From Cyanophora paradoxa CCMP329 (taxonomy: Eukaryota > Plantae > Glaucophyta), in the NCBI GenBank assembly GCA_004431415.1, contig QPMI01000503.1, forward strand, positions 186,001 to 250,000: a stretch of DNA of 64,000 nt, in the 5' to 3' direction. The stretch's first letter is position 1. The number at the start of each line of letters is the position of its first letter. This document shows, one piece after another, positions 11,047-23,848 of the stretch. Below the pieces are notes generated by a model that worked only from the letters and a program-made list of their open reading frames with translations, ran no database searches and was not told where the DNA came from. The position numbers and the translations under genes are program-made.

Positions 11047-12426
11047 GCCACACCCAACTTGGTTATTCATGCCGTACGTATACCCTCGAGGGAGCCTTAT
11101 ATATGTAAGAGCTGATTGTGTAATTCTCTCTTTGCGAAGGGCAAAGCTCCGACCCCCTTGACCTGGAGCCATTTGCGCGTGAATGCTTCCAAGATCTATA
11201 GCTAGAGTGCATTGCCGATTGGTGAATCAAAATACGTACGCATCAAACAATCCAGGCTTGAATGCGAGATTTGGATGTCGATATGATTCCATCACAGCTA
11301 GGCGCGGCGGGCAGGGAGAGGCGCGACTCGGAAAAGCGATCGCGAGCAGCGAGGAGGGGCGTGGGCGGGGGTCGCCTTCTGCCCATTAATATTAGAGGCC
11401 TAGGCCTCTATAGGAAAACGGGCCAGATCGAGACTGTCAAAAAATGGGGTACTATAGCTAGATGTCTTCGTTTATACGAATTTCGCATTCTGAAATTTTG
11501 TAACGATTTCAAGTAGATACCGGCCTAGAGCCTTCGAATTCCTCAGTCATTCATTCAGCTGCAGATCTTTTATTTCCCACATGGCTCTTAGAAGCTGAGT
11601 TTTCATTTCATTCGTTCATTCGACGCTAGTGTAACTCCTATTATAAAATTCACGTTCTCTTAGCTATAGGGACTGAAAAAGGCTACATCTTGGAAGATCT
11701 AAAGTCTGCCGCCGGGCCGGAACAGCGGTAGCGCGTGTCGACGTCTGCATGATTGCAACGACAGTCCGCAGGGGCAGCGCAAAATTTGGGGAGCCTCGGA
11801 TCCGGAGGGCGAGGGCGAGGGTGAGGCGGGGGGGGGGGGGGGGGGGGGGGGTCAACGTCAGGGGGACGGGAGCGGTGGAGGGCGGGACCCGGGGGGGTCA
11901 ACGGACCCGGGAGGGCGGGAGCGGTGGCCATTTGAAGCTTAAGCGGGCGGGCGCAGCGCGCGCCGTGGCCGGCCAATTGCAATGCCAGGCCTAGGGAGGC
12001 AGAATTGAAGCGGCAGAAGCCGACTTGAGGGCCGGCGGGGCGGCCGATCGCGACGCCGGGCCGGCGTCGACGTCGCCGCCAGGGGTCAGGGCCGGGGGAG
12101 CTCGCGATCGATCGAGGGAGATCTGGCGAGCTCAACGAGTCGGGGGAGGCGGCGCGGGGGGCAGGGCCGGGCCGGGCCGGGCCGGGGCGGCGGTAATATT
12201 GATTGCAAGCGTAACTTTGCGAGTGATCCAGGATTAGGCATGGTCAGCGCCATTCGAATTCTAATTCCGTGCACGTGGCAACTACATGAAGGCAATTGCG
12301 ACGTGTGCGTACTTGATTTAAATCGCATGCCAGCAAGTAGAAAGCCAAATTTCGAAAGCCTTCTAAAGCTAAAACTCTAGATCTCATGATCGCACACATG
12401 CATATGCATGCACATGAACAGTAACA

Positions 12427-14823
12427 CTACATCTCAGACGAATCCGCTGGAATAGCGGGGATGCGCGTCTGCATGTGCAGGAGGCTCTTGGAGAGCGCCC
12501 TCAGCGCCTCCTCGTAGCACGCCTTGAGCGCCTCCGGGATCCCGCCGCCCCCGCCCCCGCGGCCGCGCTCGGCGGCGGCGGCCGCCGCCGCCGCCTCGAG
12601 GCGGGAGCGGAGCCCCGCGATGCGGCCAGCGGCGTCCTCCCGCCCCACTTCGCCCTTCGCGACCGCGAGGAGCAGGCGCTGGAGCTCCCTGTGCGCCGCC
12701 GAGCTCGCCTTGCGCAGCTTCTGCTCCTCCTTGCCCTCGCCCTTCTCCGGCGGGAGGCTGTTCTGCTCGCTCGCGAGGGCGCACCGACTCGTAAGCGATG
12801 CAGCCGCCGAAGCCGTGCACACGCCCTCGAAGCCGTGCGCACGCCCTCGAAGCCGTGCGCACGCAAAGGCAGGGCGCGGGCAGCCGCACCGTGCGTCTGC
12901 TGAGCTCGCCCTCGAAGTAGACGACAAAGTGGCACGAATCAGATGCGTCAGGATTCTGGGCCGTCGTCTCCGACTGCTCGCCCCGTGCAGGATTCCGAAG
13001 GCGCGCCTCGGCCGCGCGCGTGCGCTCCATCTCCCTTACGTGCCCGAACCACCCCCTCGCCACGTCGACCGCCTCCTGCTGTCTCCCTTGCGCGCGCAGA
13101 GCGACCGAGAGCTTCTCCCATCCCTGCACACCGCACGGATCACGATCAGCACGTTATAATTAGCACGTTCCAGAGAGTCGATCAGCAATATATACCAAGC
13201 AGAGAGAAGTGTCGTCTTGGGACTCGGTCGAACACTCGATCGCAAAGCGCGCCCACTGCTCCGAGCGGAGCTCGTTCCGGAGCTCTTCCGCAGAGGTCGC
13301 GAAAGAGTGCTTGGAATGCACGCCCGGAGAGAACAGGTCGGCCAGCAAAAGAGCGGCGCGCGCAGCCCTATTGAAGAGTGCGTTGACCACGTCCCGCTTG
13401 CGTTTGATGATGCCGGAGAGCCTCGCCAGGTCTCGCGTCGCAACAGCAACGATCCCGAGGCCGTGAGGCAGCAGGCGGTCGGACGGGTCCCGCTTGACAA
13501 TGTCGACGAGCCGCTCGAGGAAGGCGAGAATGACCTTCGCCTCGCGGTCTATGGCCGCGCTGAGGTTCGCCACGTGGTCGCGGGCTGCAGAAGGCACGGA
13601 TACACTGCGCGCTGTCTCCAGCTTTCTCCGAATATCAGACCGGCAGCACTAGTGGGGAGATGACCGCTCAGTACAAATCAGCTCACCAGACGCTGCCACT
13701 TGGCGCGGCAGGCGACCTCCAGGCGGGCGGCCCCCTTCGCCGCGTACGCCCTCATGAAGACCTCCTTGTCCGCCTCGCTCGCCAGGGGCGGAAGCAGGCG
13801 GTCCGCCGTCGCCCGGGCGCGCGCGAGGGCCTCCTCCACGAGCCCGACCTTCTCCAGGGTGGTCAGGAGGAGAGTGTCGGCCTGCCGGACTCCGTTAGGT
13901 TAAACGAATAATAAAGACCGATTGTTAACACTAACGATAATTATAAGATGCACTGCAGTGCTAGATCTAGAGCTGACCATGAATCGACTCGCATCAATGC
14001 ATATGCACATGTCGCACCTGGGAGATTGGAACCACGTCCCCAGTTCGCTTGGCGCGCTCCAGGGCGCTGCGCGCTGTTTCCTCCGCCAACTCGGCGTTGA
14101 ACTGACCGCGACCGATGTCGGACGCGTAGACGAAGGCAGTCGCCCGCAGAGTCACGTCGGCGATGTCCTTGCGGCAGCGGAGTTCCACGTCCCGATCCAC
14201 GTCCGTGTCCGACAGGATCTTGGAGGCGAGCAAGCTCTCGATGTCCCGCGCCTGTGCCCGCGCCAAGTCGAGGAGGCCAGCCATCACGTCCCCGCGCGAT
14301 AAGGCGCCCGTCTTCTCCGCACGGAGAAGCCTGTCGCGCTCCATGGCGAAGTCCACCATCAAATTGCCGAATTCCTATGCCGTGTGCCAAATTCGTGTCA
14401 GGATTACAAGATCTAGAAGCCGAATTCGAATTCCAGATAAATTCAAAAGCGGACCATGGACAGGGCATGCACGAAGGTCGCAATCTCGGTCCGGCAGCTC
14501 TTGAGAAGGCGATCGGAGGCGCCGGCGGCCTCTGCGGCGTGCAAGGCTCTGGAAAAAGCGTCTCGCAACTCCACAAGCTCAAGGAGCTTCCGAATCGACA
14601 CCGCGGCACTCCGCTCGCCCGATCTGCTTTTCCTCGCGCTCACCAGGCTGTGCCGCTCCCGCACGGCACGGGAATACGCATCGCGAAGCACTTTCTCTAC
14701 ATCTGTACCTTCCATTGCATTGATTGGATCTGTGAATGCCTGTTGCTGCTGCTCGTGCGAGGTCGAGGTGGCTGCGGGCTTGACATTGGTAGACGATATC
14801 GATGCATCTTGAAGCTGTTGCTG

Positions 14824-14864
<41 letters not shown>

Positions 14865-17781
14865 CGCCTTTAGTTTGCAGTTGCAAGGCCCGCGTTTGTA
14901 AGAGCGGACGCGCAATGTCCAGGGCCTCCCAGAACCTGCCTGCTCTGCCTGATGCGGGTGCACGTGCTTGCACGCGCCGCGTCGAGAGGCTCGTAGAGCC
15001 CCTGTAGCACCCTGTAGTCCTCTGCCACGACGTAGAAGTTCCGGATGGTTGTCGCTGTTTGGTCTGACGGGCGGCTCGGGTCTGCACGTGTCTTGCGCGC
15101 CTCCTCACATCTGAGCAAAGCCGCGTGCACAGCCTGCTCCTCTTCGACAAGCTCGGACATTGGTAGCTGAGCCTGCGCCAAATGAAACAACCACGCGTTC
15201 ATATCAGCTCTGTCATACATGTGCAATCGTGATCAATATTATAGAAAACATGAAATACCATTCGTTGGTTTTTGACTTGGCGTTCTGCCTGAAGATCCAA
15301 AACTAGCCTGTCCAGATCCGATGCTTGCATGCGCAGGCCTACGTAACGCCCAGCGCGCGCAACGGAAAGGGCTTCTCCGGTTCGCTCCAGCTTCTGCAGT
15401 GCTGATGCAAGTGTCTTGAAGCACTGCTCCGCGAGCGCTTGAGGATCGGCGTCCTCTGAATCTGCCGTGGCCGGCGTCTTGCTCTGCAGCTGGGCCTGCC
15501 GACAGAGAATGGCTGCTTTCCTGCAGATCGACTCCGCTGCCGTGAAGTCTCCCTGGTCGGATGCCCTTCTGCAAGCCTCGACAGCCCGCTGCAGCTCCAA
15601 GGGAAGTTTCTTTGCATCGGCATATGCATCCTGCAGAAAATAAAACCGGCGTCAGACCTAGAGTCAACGATACATGCATAAACTAAACACGCAGAATTAT
15701 GAACTAACTATAGGCATATAAAACACGGTTATCGACGATGAAAAGAGATTGCATCCAGCATGCATATGCATATGTTCACGCGTGCCTGGCGAGAGAGCTT
15801 GGCGCGAGGTTCGCCACGGTTTGAGTTTAGAACATTCGTCTCCAGGTAGCTAAGGAGGTCGGCCGCTTGCGCTTTGTGGGGCTCCAATTGACGTTTAGCG
15901 TATGCAGTTATTGCGTTGTCGACTTGAGCAGGCTCCGGCTCCGAATCCCTTGCATCGCGCACGGCTTGCAATTGAGCCGCCTCCGCTGCGACCTCAAGCG
16001 CTTCTTCGTAGCTGCCCTCAATCTCCATTATACGGGCCAGAATCATCAACGCCTGCGCAAGAAAGCTACCACAGTAAGAATCGCTTGTAAACGTATATAT
16101 ACATATATATTGCAAGCGCATGAGATCAATTCGACTGATTCGCACGTGGATAAGATTAGCCTCGTGTTGCCCTCGTCTGGAATGTGCGACTGCAATCCTG
16201 GCGAACTCGCGGGCCTTGGTGCAGATGCTTGTGTCGGGATTCCCAGCTTTGAGGTCGACGTAATCATGAACCAAGATGCTGCAGACACCCAGTGCCGCAT
16301 GCCCCGAATACCCGAAGGCAAGTGTCGATGCAATGGAAGGGTTGGAATTGCCCGAGTCTTCGAGTCGCATGTACTGCACGCCGAGATCCTCGAAATCCGT
16401 ACACAGGACCTCGTAGCCGTGGCTGATGTTGAGCAGAATGCGCCGCGGGGTGGTTGCTGACATGCACGCTTGTTTCAGCTCCTGATCGAGGCGGCCTTTC
16501 ATCTGCATAAGAGGAAGCTCATGCTTGTTGCAGTCTTCGTAGGTTCGCAACTGCTTGGGCGGCAAGCCGGGGCTCGAATCCAACTGCGCAAGCGTTCCCG
16601 GCGTTAATGTGTGTAACCTCGCTTTTAGTGGAAATTTAGACAGCCAGACCAGTGCAAGACGGTGGAACTGGTATTTCCTTTCAATCCGCTCTGCACACTG
16701 GGCGGCTTCTGCAATGTGGGACATAGTCTCTGGGTCAGGCTCCGACGCTTCCGCCTTTTTGGCTGCCGCCCCTATCAGAGCTCTCAAATTCTCCGCTGCG
16801 GCTACGGCTTCGCTCAGACGCTCGCTTCCAGACTCTTCCAGCACTTTCGCCAGCAAGTGGTAGGCCTAGACATGCACACAGATCAATTAGATCGATTAGA
16901 GTACGATAGCGAGAACATGAGAAGAACAAGGAAAGATGCGTGTGCGCACCTGTAAGCGCATAATAACGCTAATAATGTTGGCCATGGGGTTCAGCTCGCA
17001 GCGCTCAATGCCTTTACGGGCGAGCTCTGCTGCCCGCTCGCACTTCCCGACACGAAGGAAGTGCTCGCATGCGTCGAAGGTTGCCTTGACAACCAAAGTG
17101 CCAATCATGCCGTGGTTTTCCGCTCCATCGACTCAGGGATTGCGCGACCCCACGAGGTGAATCACCTCGTCCGCCATCGGACCGGTGAGCGCGGAATAAC
17201 CGGCCTCGACATCCGCAGGCGACATCGAGCCGTTCGATCCCGCTTGCAGCCGGAGGGACTCGTTCTGGAACTTGTTGAGCACTTGCATGACTTTCTTGTA
17301 CGTATATTTTGTCGATTGTGGGGTTTCTCGGCTTCCAATATCATTCGCAGCGCTAGCTGACGATTCCGGTGCTGCAACAAGTGGCGATGCCCGCACTCGA
17401 TCGACATCCACGTACGCGTCAAACCTGCAATGAATATATATAAAGGGCCCGCTGCGGCGCGCGCTCGGAAGGGGTGGTGCTCGTGCACGCCGCCGCGGGG
17501 GTCCGGGGAAGGGAAAACACACACCGAAGTCCGTGGACCCCCGGTTCGAATCCGAAGAAGGCCAGTAAAAAGAGCCACTGACTTGCCGCGCGCGTCAGTT
17601 GCCAGTTGGGTCCGGGGAAGTTCGGATTCGGTCCGGCGAATCCAAGATCTAGATGCAGAGAGCAGGGACTAGTACTTAAGCTTAAGCTTAAGAAGCCTTG
17701 ATCATCATGAAGGCGCGCGGTGGCCGCGGCCGGCCGCGCGGGCGCGAGCCGCCGGGCCGGCTCCGAGGCCAGGCTGGCCAT
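12427..17781 (-). CDS. Large alpha-helical TPR-like repeat protein with a polyQ tract (start uncertain; could be a 3' continuation of the helicase gene)
   Basis: Repeated TPR-like helices: ALMILARIMEIEGSYEEALEVAAEA, QCFKTLASALQKLERTGEALSVARA, GWEKLSVALRAQGRQQEAVDVAR. Long exons; stop at 12427. Confidence 0.6.
14819..14862 (-). repeat. (CAG)n polyglutamine tract
   Basis: CTG run on + strand encoding QQQQQQQQQQQEQQQ on the - strand. Confidence 0.9.
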
Positions 17782-18468
17782 GCCAGGCGAGCTGTCCTCG
17801 CGATCGAGACGAGCTGTCCTCTAGAGGTAGGCCTCAGGGCCTAGCTATATAGGGCGCGAGCCCCGGGGGCGGGCCGGGGGATGGCTCGCAAATTGAACGT
17901 TAACCTTGTGTACATGTGGACGTGCTCGAGCTCCTGCGCATGCCCCGCGACCGTCGCGCGCGTGAGGCGTGGCGGGTGCACGAGTGGCCTGGCCTGGGCC
18001 TCCGCGCGATCTGGGCGCGGGCGCGGGGACGCTGCTCAAGCTCACGCTCCGCTCAGAAAGCGGCGCAGCGGGCCAGCTCATGATCAGCGGCTGCAGCAGG
18101 CATGCGCATCGCGCGCGCGCGGGGGCTCTGCGTCGCGCGGCGCGCGCGCCGCGCGGGCGTCGGCTTGTTGCAAGTGGCATAGACGGCCAAGTGCGGCCGG
18201 CTTGCGGCCGGCTTGTGCAATTCCGTCGGGGCGTGCGCGGTTGGCGCGGGTGAAGCGTGCGCGGCTGCCACGGCTAGCCGCTGAGCCACAGCAAACTGTC
18301 ACGCGCGCGAGAGGCGTAACCATTGTTGAGCCGAGCCGAGCTGCGGCGCCCGGGGGAGAAAGCGGCCGGGGGGTACCTTAAGAGGTTTCCTCAGGGTAAG
18401 TTCGCACTCTCCAATGTGATTGGCTAGCGCGCGCGGCGTCCTCCCACGCGACCGCGCTCGCGCCCGGC

Positions 18469-21400
18469 CTAGCTCTCGCAGAACGGAATGTCGGGCATGA
18501 TGCGCGCAACGACCTCGAACTGGTCTGGCCCGTATATCTGCTCCCTGTGCGTCGCTGGACCCGTTTTTGTCCCGGGTGTTGGTGCCTGTTCCTGGATCAC
18601 CCTTTGGTCGGACGGGACCGGGAGACACGGTTTCGGGGTCCCCTGGGGATGGGCTTTCAGGGTGTACCGCGCGGCCCGGGTTTTGCGGAGGTCGGGGAAA
18701 TGGGATTTGGGGTAGGGTTGGGCCCGAGGGACAGGGACAGGGGAAGTGATTTTCCCTTCCCCAATGATTGACGATTGTAAACCAATTTGTTTTAGACCGC
18801 ATACGCAGCTGCAGAAGCAATGTCTCACCTACGAAGGCATTCTCTGGTCCTCTCTTGCTCGCCGGCACTCTCAAATAGTCTTGCAGCCAATCGCGCATGG
18901 TCACGGCGTGCCTTTTGTGTGCCTGCATAGAATAATCATACGATGAAGCCGCAGAATGAGAAATTAAATTCGAAATTCAACACTCACCGGCGCCGGAGGC
19001 GCGCTGCAGCTCTATCTCGGCCTCGGCAAGCGTCGCGAGCCGTTTGTTGCCGGCGTTCTCGAAGGCGCGCTTGGCCGCCGGGAAGAGCCGGCGCTCCATG
19101 AACTGCCGGCCCCGATCTTCCCACTCTGCAGGCGTGCTTTCGGTGATACGAGAGCACGCCTTCCCGCGAGAATCGCCCGCCGCCGCCGCTTTCGTGTCGA
19201 GATTCTGGGCGATACAAGTGATCATTATGTCGAAGATCTAGATGAGACGACGCTCAAAACATAGATCTGGCCATGGCCATGGGCGCACCTGCACTACACT
19301 CACAGCAGCAAACAAGTCGAAAATCGGTTTTCGAACTGCCCTGTCCTCATCGTACAGCCTACCGATCCACACAAACGTAAGAGCAAAGTGGCGAATGGAA
19401 TAAGAAAACGAAACCAATCGCAAATCGCGACCGATCAGCTACAATTGCAAGCTTGCAATTGAGTCGAAACGCACCAGACGATGCGCTTGGCACGGGTAAT
19501 TGCGGTGTAGAGGTGCTTGAGCTCCGTCGCGACGAGACGGTGCTTGTGAGGGTCGAAACCGCCCTTGCGTTTCGCCTTCTGCTCCGCTTCTTTGGGCTGC
19601 TCGGATATATACCCATCATCACCCGCGCATGATCGAACGTCGCAAGCCGGATGCAGACCTCGTGCTTGAGTGATGCGAAGTCGACGGGCGCTGCCTCATC
19701 ACGAGACGCCGTGGAAGCCGCCTTGACGCGCTCACGAACGCCGCCCTCGGCCGCGCGAGCAGCATCGCGCCACATCCGCTCGTCTCGCCCCGGCGAGTCG
19801 GTGAAAAAATTGAAGCTGCGAGCACGCGTACGCGTTACGGCGGTTGCAGCAGAATGTCTTCATGAAAATATAAGGCTAGGGCTGCCCGCGGCCGGGCCCG
19901 GGCGCACATGAGGACGTCCTCGAACTCGAGGCCCTTGATCTCCTCCACCGTCAGCACGTTCGAGCGCCCCAGCGCGTCGCCCAGCCGCTCCCTTCGGCTC
20001 TCCCCCCGAACGACCACCACCTGCACATGCACATATGCATGCGCTCGGGTCACGTCTATATGTCGATTGGGATGGACGATTCGGATGGCGGACCTGGTCG
20101 GCGCCCAGGTGCAGCTCCGGAGACGGCCATCCGGCTGCCTTGTCGCCGAAGAGAAACGCAGCCAACTCCCGCAGGCCGCTGTACGGCAACAAGAATGGCG
20201 GTGGGCCGTCTCGCAGCCCTGTAGTATTTGTGTGTTAGTGTGAATAATATGGACGATCCGGGTCGGGAATTCAAAGCGTAGAGAGTAGCTCGCACCGGTG
20301 TCGCGCTGTAGGACGTCGATCTCGCGGTCGAAGAGCAGCTCGAGCATGTCGACCACGACGGAGGAGCACGCCAGGATGCCCGCGTGCGACCGGTAGTTCT
20401 GCGTCAAGCAGTGAGCGCCACGAAAAACAAAGCTAGCGGGAGATGGCTGCAGCTGGCACCTGAGTGAGCTGCCGGATGGGCAGCTGGCCGGGCACGGCCA
20501 GCGCCCGCCGGGCCGCCCCCGCGCCGGCGCCGGCGTCAAGGTGGAAGAGGGAGCGGAGGTCGCAGAAGCGGAAGGAGAGGCCGCGGGCGATGGTCTGGCA
20601 CGTGTCGCCGCAGAAGAAGAGGCCGCCGCCGTCCCCGCACACCAGCGCCGCCAGCGCGAGCTCCGCCTGCGTGAAGTCCTGCACCTGCGGCCCGGGGTCA
20701 TGATCAGCTCAAGCGCGCGCTCAAACAGACCATCTCAACGCGAAACCGCGCGCCTCGTCAACGATGATTTCGTGGATTGGGGGCCCCTTGTACCCCCGCG
20801 CGACAACCTCGCGGTAGATGTGATGCACCGCGTCCTGAACGCGCACGTCTATAAAAACCGAAATTCGAATGAAATTCGACAAAGTTTTGATAGAGCGCAC
20901 AGTGACATCGTAGAGGTTGCGGCGGCGCTTGGCCTCGAGGTACGCCCCGTGGAGCTCGTGGATCACCCGCCGCTGCTCGTCGCCGAGCCGCGACCTGCCG
21001 ACGAGAGGGACGTCCACGATCAGAAGATCGAAGGCGAGTTGGGGAACGGCTCTAGGAGTGCGAGCGCGCCGGTTGCGGCCGAGCGCCAGGTACGCGTCGC
21101 GATCGAGGAAGCCCTCTGCGCTCCCCAGGCTTTCCACGCTGCCCCTGAAACTCGAAGTCAGACGCGAAGCCGCTTCAGAAGAGGAGGGGCAGGGGGAGCA
21201 CTGGATCAGCGAGAGGAACTCGGTCCAGACGAGCGTCGGGTGGGGCAGCGGCTGCTGACTCTGCTGCTGCTGCTGCGCGGCGGGGCCCTTGGCCTTGGAG
21301 AGGGCGGGCCAGAGCTCCTGCTCGAAGAGCTCGTACGTCACCAGCCGCGCCCCGGGCGGCCGCGGGAAGAACGGCCCCGCCAGCGTCCCGTCCACCAGCC

Positions 21401-23666
21401 GCAGCCACTTCCGCCCCGTCACTGCAGCAGAACATCGGCGATCAGATCGACGCACGAAAGCACGAGCTTAGGGACGGGAGCCGCGGACCGAAGAGAGGGT
21501 ACGAGTCGTCGGGGAGGGCGGCGAGCGAATTCGAGTCCGCGAGCTCGCCGTCGGTGCGGCCGAGCGGCGGCAGGGGCGCCTCGGCCTCGGCCGGCCGCGA
21601 GAGGAGCGCGTGGCCCTCCTCCTGCCCGGCCGCCGTGAGCTCAGCCTAGCCCAGGCGAGCGGGGCGGGGGCGGGCGGCGCGGGGGCGGCGCACGAGGCGG
21701 GAGAAGAGGCGGCGGACTTCGTCGAGGAGGGCGGGGTTGTTGGCGAGGAAGACGGCCCGCAGGTGCCCCGACGGCAGCAGCGACGCCCCGCGCCCCAGCG
21801 ACCAGTACGCGTGGTAGCGCGCCCACAGCCTGCGGGGGCGGGCGAAGCACGAGATCAAATCAGCTCAGAGAACGAGGAGCATTGGGGGGGGGGGATGGGG
21901 AGACGCAGATGGAGGCCGGGTGCGGGAGGAAGGGGGGTGGGAGGGGAAGGGGGAGACGGGGAAAGGAGAGGGGGCACTAGGAGGGGCGCTTTCGCAAGGG
22001 GTGGGGAGCGGGCAAAGAGGGGGGGAGGGGGGGGATGGTGGGCGGGGGCGGGAATGGGGAGGCGGGCGGGAGAAGAGGGATAGAGGAGGGGGGTAGGCGG
22101 GGGGTAGGCGGGGGGGGGGGAGAACTAGGGGGATGGGGAGGCGGACGGCGGGCCCAGGGATGGGGTGAGGGGAGGGGGGGGGGAGGCAGGGAGCACCGGA
22201 CGACGGCGCAGCTGGTCTTGCCGGTGCCGGAGCGGCCGACGGCGAGCACGGGGCCGTCCGCGCAGATCAGCTCCAGCTCCGCCGCCCTGCGCCGTCGAGC
22301 TCGTGGGGCCGCTCGGAGCGCTCGGGAGAGACGGGGGAGAAGGGGGGGGGGGGGGGGGGGGCGGGGATGGGCGAATGCGGCGCACGAGATTTCGGCCCGC
22401 TCGCCCGGGGGTACGTCGGCCGAGCTGTCAGTGACGGGCCGCCCCGCGAGCGCCTCGCGCGCGATCTCTGCCGCCCGCTGCCGGATCCCCCTCAAAAGCG
22501 GTACATCTGCACGCGCGTCACGATCAGGCGCGGGGGTCGTGCTTCGGCCTCGAGCTCGCTGGCAGGGGGGTACCTCTGTCGATGGCCGGGCGATCGCGAG
22601 CAGAGGAGGCTGCGTCTCCGGCTGCGGCGTTCGGTGCCGCATCTTCGGCCGGGGACGGGCTCCCGACGGTGGCCAGCACAGAGAGGTCGAATGTGAACTC
22701 ATCTGAGGCGGGCGGCGCCGCCGGCTGCTCCCCCGGGGGAAGTTCCCGTGGCGCGCGGACCCCGCCGGCGTCCGGCGGCCGCGGGGGCGCCCGCGGCGGC
22801 TCGGAGGAGGCCGCTTGGCGCCGCCGGAAGCGCTCGGAGACGGCCCGCACCGCCGCCGGCACGCTGTCGTGGCCGCACACGTCCCTGCCCGTGCGATGAG
22901 TCCATGGCTAGCAGCCGACGGCCGCGGGCAGCGGCGAGCACCAGAGGAGGACCTTGTCGCGCCAGCACGCGTGCCGCTCCGAGAAGCCGAACGCCTGCGC
23001 GGGAGTCGGCGCCCGGAAGGCGCCCAGCGCCCGTGCGCGCGCGCGGCAGGGCGGCCCCAGAGCGCGCGCGAAGGCGCACCTCCTCCCACAGCAGCCTCCA
23101 GCCGAGCGGCAGATACGATTCGAACAGGGCGAGACCTGGTTCTGCCTACGTATACACAGGTACACATCCGATCAGTGCAGTGTGCGCGTGAGGCGGGGGC
23201 GAGCGCGGGGGGAAGCGCGCGGCAGACGAACGTGGGCGAGGAGCTTCGCGTGGTTTACTCCTCCCCGGAACTCTCGGCCCTCGACCAGCAGCCGAAGCTT
23301 CTTGAGCACGGGCATCCGGAGCGAATCATCGAGGTTCCGCCACGACCGGTAGCAGCGCCGCGTGACGTGGACCTCCCTGCGAGTAAAATGGGTCGCGTGA
23401 AAGGTCGGCAGTCGGCGTATGCGTGCGTGCGCGCGGGCGCACCAGCAGCTCCGATCACCCGAGCGCTTTGACAGGTCTGCAACAAGAGCCTGCACGTCGC
23501 CGTCTGGCTCTTCAGCTCCATCTACATCCTCCGCTGCAATCCCGGCGTCGTCGCCGTCGCGCTCCCCCAGATCGAGCTCGGCCAGCTGCTCCACCAGGAT
23601 CGGCGGGAGCGGGGCGATCGGTATCGACGCCCGCTGCGCCTCTAAGTACTCGGCAGCGGTCTGCAT
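18469..23666 (-). CDS. TRANK1 (lupus brain antigen)-like UvrD/SF1 helicase with N-terminal RelE/ParE-like domain and C-terminal TPR-like helices (3' end uncertain)
   Basis: Walker A GRSGTGKT; Walker B IIVDE|VQD; FFCGDTCQTIARGLSFRF; LTQNYRSHAGIL; TVEEIKGLEFEDV; YTAITRAKR-like motif VI; STPAEWEDRGRQF...AAKRAF typical of TRANK1-like proteins. Confidence 0.88.
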
Positions 23667-23848
23667 CGCGCCCGGGCGCTAGCTGCCTGCTCGCATGCCT
23701 CGCACGCCGTACCCCTGCCGCTGTGACCCCGAATTGTCCGAGCCAGCTATACGAGTTCCTGCAGCTTCGAGCTGTGCATCATACCGCATTGAGCGTCCCG
23801 CACCACCGCTAGAGCGCTGGGCTGGTGGCCTGGCCGCGCTCGGCGGCC
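23667..23848. promoter_or_regulatory. Bidirectional promoter region between the helicase and cNMP-binding genes
   Basis: 182 bp between the divergent inferred ATGs. Confidence 0.5.

Noticed and set aside
11828-11851. Long poly-G/poly-C tracts (also ~22345, ~49735, ~51805) as functional G-quadruplexes
   Set aside because: Ubiquitous in the introns of this window and of unreliable length; no specific evidence of function.
17086-17160. In-frame TGA (17133-35) between two same-frame ORFs, a possible selenocysteine or readthrough
   Set aside because: A phase-0 GT-AG intron (GAG|GTGATT...TCAAG|GCA) removes it cleanly, and no SECIS evidence was seen.
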